Source: Candidatus Heimdallarchaeota archaeon (GTDB taxonomy: Archaea > Asgardarchaeota > Heimdallarchaeia > Hodarchaeales > Hodarchaeaceae). Taken from it: 39,032 nt of DNA. Location of the stretch: NCBI GenBank assembly GCA_020353515.1, contig CP070695.1:3888008-3927039 (forward strand), given 5' to 3'. Positions 29,405 to 38,562 of the stretch are shown here, piece by piece. The number at the start of each line of letters is the position of its first letter. Within the stretch, counting starts at the first letter, position 1. The notes below the pieces were generated by a model that was not told where the DNA came from, did not search any database, and was given only the letters and a program-made list of their open reading frames with translations. Both the position numbers and the translations under genes were made by a program.

Positions 29405-29510
29405 TAGTGCGCATGGAGGAGTCTAAAAATCGATTCTAGTTAAAAATCTTTGTGTTTTTAAAGAAGCTTATTCTTGTCGCAAGAATTAAAAATCAGACTC
29501 AAATGCACAA
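29405..29510 (+). other. Predicted three-way-junction structure in dch-had spacer
   Basis: GAGTCT(29419-24)/AGACTC(29495-500) and GCAT/ATGC closing stems; TTAAAAA/TTTTTAA hairpin; ATTCTTG-TCG-CAAGAAT hairpin. Confidence 0.35.
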
Positions 29511-29527
29511 CAAATTAAGGGATAAAC

Positions 29528-30574
29528 ATGAAAGCGGCTGTTTTTGAAAAAGTTAAAACCCCGATGAAAATTGATGAAAATTATCCTACTCCTGAAATTT
29601 CTGGGAAATCAGGAAAAGTGATATTGAATATTGAAGCATGTGGTGTTTGTCATACAGATTTAGGCTTTCTGGACCATGGTGTTCCAACAGGAAAAGCTCC
29701 ACCATTGATTTTAGGACATGAAATGTCTGGAAAAGTAGCAGAAATGAGTGATGATGTTACTCAATTCAAAAAGGGTGACCATGTTCTTGTTCCTGCAGTG
29801 ATATCCTGTGGGAACTGTTATTATTGCAGAATTGGACGTGAGAATATTTGTTCAAATCAGACGTTCTTTGGGAGTAATGTAGATGGAGGTTTTGCAGAAC
29901 AGATAATGGTTCCAGCCAAAGATATTTTTCATCTTCCTTCGGAAATTCCGATAGAAGAAGGGTGCATCATTTCAGATGCAGTTTCAACCCCTTATCATGC
30001 TGTCAAGAATCGTGGACAGGTACGACCAGGAGATTGGGCTGTTGTGATTGGATGTGGAGGAATCGGGTTAAATGTTGTACAAAATATTAAAGCAGCTGGT
30101 GGATTACCCATTGCTCTTGATATCATTCCCAAGAAATTAGAAGTTGCGAAACAACTTGGAGCTGTCGAAACAATCTTAACAAAAGACTTAGACAAAAAAG
30201 CTATTGTCGGCGCAATAAGAAAAATTACAGGAGGAGGAGCAGATGTTGCTTTTGAAGCAATAGGACACCCTGTAACTTTTGCTCAAGCTTTTGACAGTCT
30301 TAGAAAGGGAGGAAGATTGGTTGCAGTTGGATATTCTCCTAAACGTTGGGATGGTTTTAATGTTGGTCGTGTCATGTTTTACGAAATGGAATTAATCGGG
30401 AGTTTAGGATGTCGGACGGTAGATTATCCACGGATAATTGAATTAGTTAAGAATAAGACATTAGTTGTCGAACCTCTAGTGACAGGAAAATATCCGCTTT
30501 CTGAAATCAATGAAGCATTTGATGTAATGCGACTAGGAGAAGGGATTCGTACGATTATATTATGCCAAAAGTAG
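29528..30574 (+). CDS. had: Zn-dependent MDR dehydrogenase, 6-hydroxycyclohex-1-ene-1-carbonyl-CoA dehydrogenase-like
   Basis: CGVCHTDLGF..GV.T..PLILGHE.SG, VPAVISCGNCYYC..GRENIC, DAVSTPYHAV, GC..VDYP features of Had. Confidence 0.78.
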   Translation: MKAAVFEKVKTPMKIDENYPTPEISGKSGKVILNIEACGVCHTDLGFLDHGVPTGKAPPLILGHEMSGKVAEMSDDVTQFKKGDHVLVPAVISCGNCYYCRIGRENICSNQTFFGSNVDGGFAEQIMVPAKDIFHLPSEIPIEEGCIISDAVSTPYHAVKNRGQVRPGDWAVVIGCGGIGLNVVQNIKAAGGLPIALDIIPKKLEVAKQLGAVETILTKDLDKKAIVGAIRKITGGGADVAFEAIGHPVTFAQAFDSLRKGGRLVAVGYSPKRWDGFNVGRVMFYEMELIGSLGCRTVDYPRIIELVKNKTLVVEPLVTGKYPLSEINEAFDVMRLGEGIRTIILCQK

Positions 30575-30588
30575 GGATTGAACTAAAA

Positions 30589-31731
30589 ATGAAAGTTGGT
30601 ATTGTAGGTATAGGTCACAGTAGATTCGGTCGTCGTGACGATGTGACTGTTCAAGAGCTAGCGTTTGAGCCCTTTGTAGAAGCATTAAATGATGCTGGGA
30701 TCGCTCGCAAAGATATTGGAGCTACAATCATCGGAGCAAGTCCTGTATATATGACACAAAGAAGCATTGCTGGACCTATTACAGAATATCTCGGATTAAA
30801 TCCCCAACCAGTTTGGCTTACTGAAGCAGCTTGTAGCAGTTCTGCAGTAGCTTTACGAACAGCATATGCCTTAATTTCCGCAGGTATGCATGAAATCGTT
30901 TTGGTGTTGGGTGTTCAGAAGATGTTAGAAAATCCTACATCAGAAGTCCTGAAAATAATGGGACGGAGTGGAGACGTACAGTGGGAAGCTCCCTACGGGA
31001 CCACTTTTGCGAATTATTACGCTATGTATGCAAACTCTCATATGGCGAAGTATGGCACAACATCAGAACAGATGGCGGCTGTGGCTGTAAAAAACCATTA
31101 TTATGGGGCAATGAACCCGTTAGCAATGTTTCAAAAGGAGATTACAATCGAAAGAGCATTAGAATCAAGAATCATTGCCTCTCCGTTACGTCTTTTTGAT
31201 TGCTGTGCAAATGCTGATGGTTCTGCTGCACTTATTGTAACAAACGAAGAAAAAGCCAAACAACTCTCGGATACACCAATTTGGATTTCTGGTCTTGGTG
31301 CCGCTACTGCTCCTTTTTCATTGTTGACTCGTCCAGAACTAGCTACTTTATCTAGTGCGGTGGAAGCCTCAAATATAGCATATAATCAAGCTAAAATTCA
31401 GGCTCAGGATATAGATGTTGCTGAAGTCCATGATTGCTTTACAATTGCAGAAATCATGGCTTATGAGGATTTGGGATTTGCAGAGCGAGGAAAAGGAGGA
31501 GAATTTGTTGAAGAAGCCTATATAGGTGGGAAAGTTCCTATAAATGTCGATGGTGGACTGAAAGCAAAAGGACATCCTGTTGGAGCCACTGGGTGCTCAC
31601 AGGTTGTTGGGATTGTCAAGCAACTTCGTGAAGAAGCAGGAAAGAGTCAGGTCGATGGCGCAGAGATTGGATTGACACATAATGTCGGTGGACACGGGCA
31701 ATATTGTGTGGTTCATATTTTTTCACGGTGA
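30589..31731 (+). CDS. Archaeal-type (SCP-x-like, DUF35-associated) thiolase
   Basis: EAACSSS catalytic Cys, AVKNH, DCC..ADG, EVHDCFT, GGLKAKGHPVGATG, HNVGG; likely start ATG 30589. Confidence 0.92.
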   Translation: MKVGIVGIGHSRFGRRDDVTVQELAFEPFVEALNDAGIARKDIGATIIGASPVYMTQRSIAGPITEYLGLNPQPVWLTEAACSSSAVALRTAYALISAGMHEIVLVLGVQKMLENPTSEVLKIMGRSGDVQWEAPYGTTFANYYAMYANSHMAKYGTTSEQMAAVAVKNHYYGAMNPLAMFQKEITIERALESRIIASPLRLFDCCANADGSAALIVTNEEKAKQLSDTPIWISGLGAATAPFSLLTRPELATLSSAVEASNIAYNQAKIQAQDIDVAEVHDCFTIAEIMAYEDLGFAERGKGGEFVEEAYIGGKVPINVDGGLKAKGHPVGATGCSQVVGIVKQLREEAGKSQVDGAEIGLTHNVGGHGQYCVVHIFSR

Positions 31732-31742
31732 GGTGAATAACG

Positions 31743-32954
31743 ATGAAACAATTTGGGTATAAAGACTATATTTCTCAATCAAAGATTGGTGCGCGCTTTT
31801 TGGAAGCTTTAAGAGAAGGAAAGTTGGAAGGAACCAAATGTACCCAATGTTCAACAATGTATTATCCTCCTAGAGCCAATTGCAAAGAATGTCTTACCGA
31901 TGAATTTATTGAACCTGCAGAATTCTCTGGAGAAGGGAAAATCTTATCATTTTCTGAAGTTCATGTTCCTCCCGCTGGTTTTGAGCGTTTTGCTCCATAT
32001 ACCGTTGCTGTAGTTGACCTAAAAGAAGGTGGGAGAGCAGTAGCTTGGGTAGATGACGTTACAGAGCCACTTGAGATTGGTGAAGATGTAATAATCAAAC
32101 CAGAGGTTGTTGAGGGTGACAGGGTGACTTATCGTGTTCTAAGAGGGAAAGAAATTACAGTTTCTGCTCAGGAGATTGTTGTGTCGAAAGAATTTAGAAA
32201 AAAATCACAAAGACTGCTGGACAAAGTTGCTATTGTTACAGGAGCAGGAAAGGGAATAGGTAGAGAAATTGCTTTAGAGTATGCAAGAGAAGGAGCCAAG
32301 GTAGTTGTTGCTGCGAGGACACAATCAGATATTGATTCACTTGTAGAAGAGATTTCAGAATTAGGAGGTGAAGCACTTGCGATCTCCTGCGATGTTTCTA
32401 ATCCTGATGATGTACATCGTTTAGTAGAGGGAGCCATAAACAAGTTTCAAAGTATAGATATACTAGTAAACAATGCAGGTATCTCTCGAAGTGCTCTAAT
32501 ATCAAAAATGTCCGATGACCTCTGGAATTCAGTTATTAACATCAATTTAACGGGTACATTCAACTGTGTTCGTGCTATATCTTCTCATTTTATGGAAAAA
32601 AGGCCTCTTGGTGGAAAAATCATCAATTTTACTTCGACTGCTGCAAAATATGGCAACATAGGCCAAGCTGCATATGCTGCATCTAAATGGGGGATTATTG
32701 CTTTCTCAAAAACTGCAGCACGAGAATTAGCTCGTTATAAAGTTAACGTAAATTGTATTATGCCAGGATACATTGAAACAGCAATGACCGCAGATACTCC
32801 TTCTGTTTATAAGGAACAAACAATTGCTCAAATCCCACAAATGCGGATTGGATATCCAGACGATGTTGCAAAAGTGGCAGTCTTCCTAGCATCGGAAGAT
32901 TCTGATTACATGACTGGGGGAGTTGTTCAAGTCGATGGTGGCCTACGAATGTGA
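31743..32954 (+). CDS. Fusion of DUF35 (Zn-ribbon/OB-fold) and FabG-like SDR (3-oxoacyl-CoA reductase)
   Basis: aa ~1-135: CTQC..YPPRANCKEC, PYTVAVVDLKEG; aa ~157-403: TGAGKGIG, NNAG, YAASK, VDGG; no stop in linker; GAGGTGA SD overlaps thiolase stop. Confidence 0.9.
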   Translation: MKQFGYKDYISQSKIGARFLEALREGKLEGTKCTQCSTMYYPPRANCKECLTDEFIEPAEFSGEGKILSFSEVHVPPAGFERFAPYTVAVVDLKEGGRAVAWVDDVTEPLEIGEDVIIKPEVVEGDRVTYRVLRGKEITVSAQEIVVSKEFRKKSQRLLDKVAIVTGAGKGIGREIALEYAREGAKVVVAARTQSDIDSLVEEISELGGEALAISCDVSNPDDVHRLVEGAINKFQSIDILVNNAGISRSALISKMSDDLWNSVININLTGTFNCVRAISSHFMEKRPLGGKIINFTSTAAKYGNIGQAAYAASKWGIIAFSKTAARELARYKVNVNCIMPGYIETAMTADTPSVYKEQTIAQIPQMRIGYPDDVAKVAVFLASEDSDYMTGGVVQVDGGLRM

Positions 32955-33034
32955 GTGTTCCCTGCCCTAAGAATCCATATTTATTTTATATCTCTGTTTA
33001 TCGTGTCAGTCAACTATTCAGAAGAAAAAGGCGA

Positions 33035-33169
33035 CTATCCCCGCATAGTGAGGATTGGACACTTCTGTGGATCATCCAAGTCTAAACACGGCTTTTGCAT
33101 GCCTTTATAAAACTTCTGACCAAGTTCTTTGCACATCTGGTTTTTATCATCAAAGTGTGGGCAAACCAT
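33035..33169 (-). CDS. 44-aa four-Cys small protein (not in ORF track)
   Basis: MVCPHFDDKNQMCKELGQKFYKGMQKPCLDLDDPQKCPILTMRG*; GGAGATGA SD-like site upstream; T-rich tract downstream. Confidence 0.65.
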   Translation of the reverse strand: MVCPHFDDKNQMCKELGQKFYKGMQKPCLDLDDPQKCPILTMRG

Positions 33170-33321
33170 GGCATCATCTCCAATAATTTTAGTTTTTTAC
33201 TTTTGTATTATAGTAATAAACACTTCTTTACTTTATATTTATTAACCATTGCTAATGTTTGGTAGTATATTGAGAAATTGATAAAAAAAATGCTGTTTTG
33301 AAAAGTGAAAGGTGTTCTCAC

Positions 33322-33770
33322 TTGTGTAAGTGGTGTCTTAAACATGGTGCTGGTGGGAAATGGTATCTAAATGCCTAGAACTATTTAACAGAGACATCTA
33401 AGGGTTATAATGATTCTCGTGAATATTAAGAAGTTCTTTGGGGAAATCTTGAACGAATTTATTTAGGGAAAACCTTCGGGATGTCTATAAACAACGTGAT
33501 TTCGTATCGACTTAAGATCCCGATAATTGGACGTATTATCAAAAGGATAATGAACAAAAAAATCGAAAAAGAAAAGAATCCCAACCCTCAAATTGCAGAA
33601 GGACATTTTGGTCAGGTTATTCCCTTAGAAGAAGCCAAGATTATTGTCTCCGATCTGGCTGATGTTAACGCCAAAGTAATTGTCCTTGTCGATATATGCA
33701 CCGTGGGATTAAAGTTGATACTTGTTTGGGGTTCAACGCTCTTGCAGAAGTGTTTCCCAAGCTTCCTCTT
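33322..33770 (+). pseudogene. Decayed 4Fe-4S ferredoxin-domain protein
   Basis: TTG-CKWCLKHGAGGKWYLNA*NY..EY*..HFGQVIPLEEA; stops at 33376 (TAG) and 33427 (TAA); frameshift near 33675 into NCPCRY..TCLGF; 3' end truncated (end approximate). Confidence 0.7.
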
Positions 33771-33802
33771 CTCAGTTTCACCATTTCGTGGATTCATTTT
33801 TC

Positions 33803-34984
33803 TCACAATTCTTTATGTATTATCTTGGCTAATCTCTTCATTCCTACAACGATTTTCTCTTCCGGCATATTGGAAAAATTTAGTCGTATAGAGTTCTCAT
33901 GACCTCCATTAGGATAGAAACAGCCACCTGGGACAAATGCAACTTTTTCTTGTAGAGTTTTTTCGAGTAATTCCCGTCCATTAATATGTTTCGGAAATTC
34001 AATCCACAAAAATAAACCTCCTTCTGGAACTGAGTATTTTGCTTCTGGAGGAAATTCCTCTTTAATGATTTGAATCATCAGATCACGTCGTCGCTTGTAC
34101 ACTTGCCTAATCTTATTGATATTGATAGTAATATCATATTCACTTAGGTATAGTGCAACTTCTCTTTGAGCCATTGTATTACATTGCAAATCAGCTACTT
34201 CTTTCAACATGGTATATTTCTTAACTAATTCTCTACTTGCACATATCCAACCGATTCTAAAACCTGGGCAAAGAATTTTCGAAAATGTTCCTAGGAATAC
34301 TACATTACCCTCTGTATCAAAAGCTTTAATTGGAGGTATATTTTTCCCCTCGAATCTTATCTCTCCATAAGGATTATCTTCTATCACAGGTAAATGAAAT
34401 TTGTTCACTACTTCAATGAATTCTTTGCGTCTTGTTACTGACCAACTGATTCCTGTAGGATTTTGAAAATCGGGGGTGACATAAATCAATTTGGCTTTTG
34501 GAGTTTGAGATAATGTTTTCTCAAGTTCTCCTACCTTTATCCCATCATTATCGATGGGTATGTCTACAAATTTTGCTTGATATGACCTAAATGCGCCTAT
34601 AGCTCCTAAGTAACAAGGTTTTTCACTTATAACTACATCTCCAGGATTCAAGAACAATTTCCCACTGAAATCTATTCCTTGTTGAGATCCATTTATGATC
34701 AAAATATTCTCTGCTGATGTTTTGACCCCAGTTTTCTGCATACGTTCCGCTATCATTTCTCTTAGTGGTAGATAACCATCTGTAGGAACGTATTGAAGCG
34801 CATCTGATCCACATTCCTCCAAAACTTTTGCTGAAATTTCTTTCAATTCCTCTAGAGGAAATAATTCAGGAGCTGGTAATCCCCCAGCAAAAGAGATTAT
34901 GTCTGATTTTCCAATGAATTTGATGATTTCCCGTGTTTCTAACCCTTTTACCTGATCCATGCGATTTGCATATTTTAATGTCAT
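33803..34984 (-). CDS. PLP-dependent class I/II aminotransferase (LysN/aromatic type)
   Basis: ISFAGGLPAP, GSQQG, PDFQNPTG, EDNPY, TFSKILCPGFRIGW, RLNFS. Confidence 0.92.
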   Translation of the reverse strand: MTLKYANRMDQVKGLETREIIKFIGKSDIISFAGGLPAPELFPLEELKEISAKVLEECGSDALQYVPTDGYLPLREMIAERMQKTGVKTSAENILIINGSQQGIDFSGKLFLNPGDVVISEKPCYLGAIGAFRSYQAKFVDIPIDNDGIKVGELEKTLSQTPKAKLIYVTPDFQNPTGISWSVTRRKEFIEVVNKFHLPVIEDNPYGEIRFEGKNIPPIKAFDTEGNVVFLGTFSKILCPGFRIGWICASRELVKKYTMLKEVADLQCNTMAQREVALYLSEYDITININKIRQVYKRRRDLMIQIIKEEFPPEAKYSVPEGGLFLWIEFPKHINGRELLEKTLQEKVAFVPGGCFYPNGGHENSIRLNFSNMPEEKIVVGMKRLAKIIHKEL

Positions 34985-35271
34985 TAAAAAGTCACCATAT
35001 TATATTAAGGCTGAATTTCCATGAAAATAAATGAATTTGATAAAACATGGAGAATATTTATTGATTTGTTGGAAAATCTTCTCTATAACGATCTGTATTG
35101 ATCTCTTTGATATGTTTTTTTAGATTAATGTTTTGTAAGTAGTTCTAAAAGCTCTTTAATGATTGAATTTCTTCGCTCTTTACGTAATCATGTTGGATAA
35201 AAACCAACTATAATCATAAAACGATTCATATTAGGCTTTTTAATAAAAAACTTCAATAATTGGTGTGTCTT

Positions 35272-36465
35272 ATGGCTTTTGAGTTTACAGAAGAGCAAGA
35301 AATGTTCAGAGAAAGTGTAAGAGAATTTTGTGAAAGGAGAATAGTACCCCTTGGTCTCACATTGGAAGAAACCAAGGAGATACCACAGGAAATAAAGAAA
35401 GGTATGGCTGAACTCGGCCTTCTTGCATGTACAGCTTCCCCTGATTATGGTGGTTCAGGCCTGAATGCTGTTAGCGCAGGTGTAATAGCAGAAGAACTGG
35501 GGAGAGCAGATCCAACAGGGTCAATACCAGTTTTTTATCTCGTTCAGGCGTCCTGGGGTTTTTTATTGAACAAATATGGCACTGAAGAAGCGAAAAAAGA
35601 AATATTTCCAAAAGTAATAAGCGGGGACTGGTTTCTTGGAATAGCAACAACTGAAGCAGATGCCGGTTCAGATGTCGTTGGTACTTCAATGACAATAAAA
35701 AAAGCATCTGATGGATTTATTGTTAACGGCGAAAAGATGTATATTAGTGGGGTACGGGAAGCGGCAACTGGTGGTGGAGGCCATGTCACGATTGCGCACC
35801 AGACACCAAAGCAGGGTAGTAGAGGTATGACGGTATTTTATTTCCCTTTAACTGCTGAAGGTGTCACACCCACATATATCTCAGACCTAGGTAGAGAGGG
35901 TATATCCTGTGGGGGTTTTACAGCTGATGATGTAAAAATTCCCAGTCATTATATCATTGGAGAAGAAAATAGAGGATTTCACATTATTCATGAAGGATAT
36001 GAATTCGCAAGAGCCCTAATTGCAGTAATATGCGCATCATCGGGCTTGAAATCTTTAGAGAATGGTATGAACTACATAAAAGAAAGAAAAGTCTTTGGAA
36101 CAGCTATTGGAAAATTTGAAGAAATAAATTTCAGATTAGCTGAGCACTACACAAGGCTTTGTGCGTTACGAGATATGGGATATAAGGCGTTGTGGCTTAT
36201 CGATAAGGAACAGGAAGGAAAAGCTAGCAGATTTGAGGTAAGTAAAGCTGTTGCCATGGCAAAAATGTTTGCATCCGACTGGGCCTGTAATGCTATAAAC
36301 GATGTGATGCAGTGGCAGGGAGCATTTGGTTATTCAAAAGAATGTGTTGATCAAGCTGCATGGAGAGCTGTGAGATCATTTGCTCTTGCAGAAGGATCAA
36401 GAGAAATTATGAAGATGATTGTTGCCAGAGAGCTACTTGGAAAAGACTTCATTGCATATAAATGA
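35272..36465 (+). CDS. Acyl-CoA dehydrogenase, cyclohexanecarboxyl-CoA dehydrogenase (AliB)-like
   Basis: TEADAGSD, NGEKMYIS, DLG, GEENRGF..GYEFARALI, EGSREIMK; family certain, substrate inferred. Confidence 0.85.
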   Translation: MAFEFTEEQEMFRESVREFCERRIVPLGLTLEETKEIPQEIKKGMAELGLLACTASPDYGGSGLNAVSAGVIAEELGRADPTGSIPVFYLVQASWGFLLNKYGTEEAKKEIFPKVISGDWFLGIATTEADAGSDVVGTSMTIKKASDGFIVNGEKMYISGVREAATGGGGHVTIAHQTPKQGSRGMTVFYFPLTAEGVTPTYISDLGREGISCGGFTADDVKIPSHYIIGEENRGFHIIHEGYEFARALIAVICASSGLKSLENGMNYIKERKVFGTAIGKFEEINFRLAEHYTRLCALRDMGYKALWLIDKEQEGKASRFEVSKAVAMAKMFASDWACNAINDVMQWQGAFGYSKECVDQAAWRAVRSFALAEGSREIMKMIVARELLGKDFIAYK

Positions 36466-36529
36466 AGTTCATTTTCTCCTTCTTTTTTATGAAAGGTAGA
36501 TTAAGAAAAAAAATCACAACGTGATAATT

Positions 36530-37315
36530 GTGAGATTCATAGTTTGTGTGAAACAGGTTCCCGATACTACAGAGGTTAAAGTCGATCCCAAAACAAACAC
36601 CTTGATTAGAGAAGGGGTTCCGTGTATATTAAATCCTTTTGATCAATTTGCGCTTGAAGAGGCGGTCAGATTGAAGAAAGAGGGAGATGAAATCGTTGTT
36701 ATTTCTATGGGTCCTCCTCAGGCAAAAAAAGAACTTATGAAATGTCTTGCACTAGGCGCTGACGAAGCAATATTACTTAGTGATAGAGTTCTTGCAGGCG
36801 CAGATACATGGGCTACATCTTATACCCTTGCTCAAGCTATCAGAAAGATTGGTGACTTTGACATCATATTTTGCGGGTATCAAGCAATAGACGGGGACAC
36901 TGCTCAAGTTGGTCCTGAGCTTGCAGCTCAACTTGGTATCCCTCAAATCACCTATATAGAAAGTGTTGAAGAACTTAGTGCAAGAAAATTAATAGCAAAA
37001 TCTCAAACAGATGAGGGTTACAAAATTGTAGAAGTAAGACTACCAGTTCTGTTAACAGGGATAACTCCATCAGGTTTTGTGCCTAGAAGCCCCCCATTAC
37101 CTAATATAATTAAAGCAAAGCAGAAACCATTCACCACATGGAATGCAGAGGATCTTGGTGGTGAAAAAGATAAATATGGTTTGGCTGGTTCGTTAACACA
37201 GGTTATAAGAGTTTATGCTCCTCCTACTCGTGAGAAAGGAGCCATGATCACTGATGAACCTAGTATTGCAGTTGAGAAATTAATAGAAATGTTAACTAAA
37301 GATAAGGTGTTCTGA
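36530..37315 (+). CDS. etfB: Electron transfer flavoprotein beta subunit
   Basis: VCVKQVPDT, NPFDQFALEEA, GADTWATS, QAIDGDTAQVGP; start GTG 36530 or 36521. Confidence 0.93.
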   Translation: MRFIVCVKQVPDTTEVKVDPKTNTLIREGVPCILNPFDQFALEEAVRLKKEGDEIVVISMGPPQAKKELMKCLALGADEAILLSDRVLAGADTWATSYTLAQAIRKIGDFDIIFCGYQAIDGDTAQVGPELAAQLGIPQITYIESVEELSARKLIAKSQTDEGYKIVEVRLPVLLTGITPSGFVPRSPPLPNIIKAKQKPFTTWNAEDLGGEKDKYGLAGSLTQVIRVYAPPTREKGAMITDEPSIAVEKLIEMLTKDKVF

Positions 37316-38499
37316 TGATAGACGTCAAGGAAGAGCTCTGTAACCACTGTGGAAGCTGTGTTAAAGCGTGCCCTTTCGGTGCTATACAGATCATTAATCA
37401 AATTGCTGTAATTGGAGAAGAATGTACACTTTGTGGCGCCTGTATTCAAGTGTGCAAAGCTTGTGCAATAGAAATTGAAAGAAAAGAGATAGACATTGAT
37501 TATTCCCGTTATAAAAATGTTTGGGTTTTTGCCGAGATTAAAGACGGTAAAATACGAAATGTTACATATGAATTACTTGGGAAAGCAAGACAACTTGCAG
37601 TTGAATTAGGACAGAAAGTTTGCGCTGTTCTTCTAGGAAGGGATGTGAAAAAATTATGTAAAGATCTCTCTGCTTATGGTGCAGACAAAATATTCGTTGC
37701 AGAAGATGATAGTCTTGAGCAATATTATACAGATCCTTTCACATCAGTACTTGTTGGATTAATATCAAAACATGAACCAAATATTGTTATCTACCCTGCT
37801 ACAAAAATTGGTAGAGATTTAGCCCCAAGAGTTGCTGCTACTTTAGAAGTGGGTCTTACCGCGGATTGTACTGGACTATCAATACAAAATGGTAGACTAT
37901 TACAAACAAGACCAGCATTTGGTGGTAACATAATGGCAGATATAATATCTGTAACTAGACCACAAATGGCAACAGTTAGACCTAATGTAATGAAAAAAGG
38001 CTCACCTTATAAAGATAGAACTGCTGAAATCGTCGAAATACCTGTGAGAATAGACCGAAAGGGAATTAGAACCATAATAAAAGAAATAATAGGCATGAAA
38101 TCCTCTGATGCAGTACCACTAGATGAAGCAGATATTATAGTTTCAGGTGGGAGAGGAATCGGTAGTAAAGAGAATTTCAAGATCATTGAGGATTTAGCAG
38201 GAGTTCTTGAAGCTGCAGTCGGAGCAAGTAGATCTGCGGTCGATTTAGGCTGGAAACCAAAATCTTTTCAGGTTGGTCAAAGTGGTACAACTGTTTCCCC
38301 CAAAATTTACATTGCTTGTGGAATATCAGGAAAAATACAACATCTTGTCGGGATGTCTGGATCAGATATTATTATTGCTATAAATAAAGATCCTGAAGCT
38401 CCTATATTCAATGTGGCTGATTATGGAATTGTTGGTGACCTGAATAAAGTTGTACCCGCACTGACTGAGGCATTAAGGAAGGAGCTTGCATCACGTTGA
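37315..38499 (+). CDS. etfA: Electron transfer flavoprotein alpha subunit with N-terminal 2x[4Fe-4S] ferredoxin
   Basis: CNHCGSCVKACP, CTLCGACIQVC; GLTADCT, TRPAFGGN, SGGRG, QVGQSG, GISGKIQH, AINKD; TGATG coupling with etfB. Confidence 0.93.
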   Translation: MIDVKEELCNHCGSCVKACPFGAIQIINQIAVIGEECTLCGACIQVCKACAIEIERKEIDIDYSRYKNVWVFAEIKDGKIRNVTYELLGKARQLAVELGQKVCAVLLGRDVKKLCKDLSAYGADKIFVAEDDSLEQYYTDPFTSVLVGLISKHEPNIVIYPATKIGRDLAPRVAATLEVGLTADCTGLSIQNGRLLQTRPAFGGNIMADIISVTRPQMATVRPNVMKKGSPYKDRTAEIVEIPVRIDRKGIRTIIKEIIGMKSSDAVPLDEADIIVSGGRGIGSKENFKIIEDLAGVLEAAVGASRSAVDLGWKPKSFQVGQSGTTVSPKIYIACGISGKIQHLVGMSGSDIIIAINKDPEAPIFNVADYGIVGDLNKVVPALTEALRKELASR

Positions 38500-38562
38500 A
38501 GTCTTTAGAAAACACGAATTTTTAGAATTTAATCTAATGAAATCAAATTGAGGTGGATTATT

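Noticed and set aside
33481-33902. ORFs 33481..33891 and 33696..33902 as genes
   Set aside because: Pieces of one pseudogene reading into the antisense strand of the aminotransferase
1291-37449. Numerous 60-133 aa ORFs antisense to or nested in long genes (e.g. 1291, 11490, 19864, 25536, 32168, 35544, 37213)
   Set aside because: Shadow ORFs of well-supported genes with no recognisable motifs
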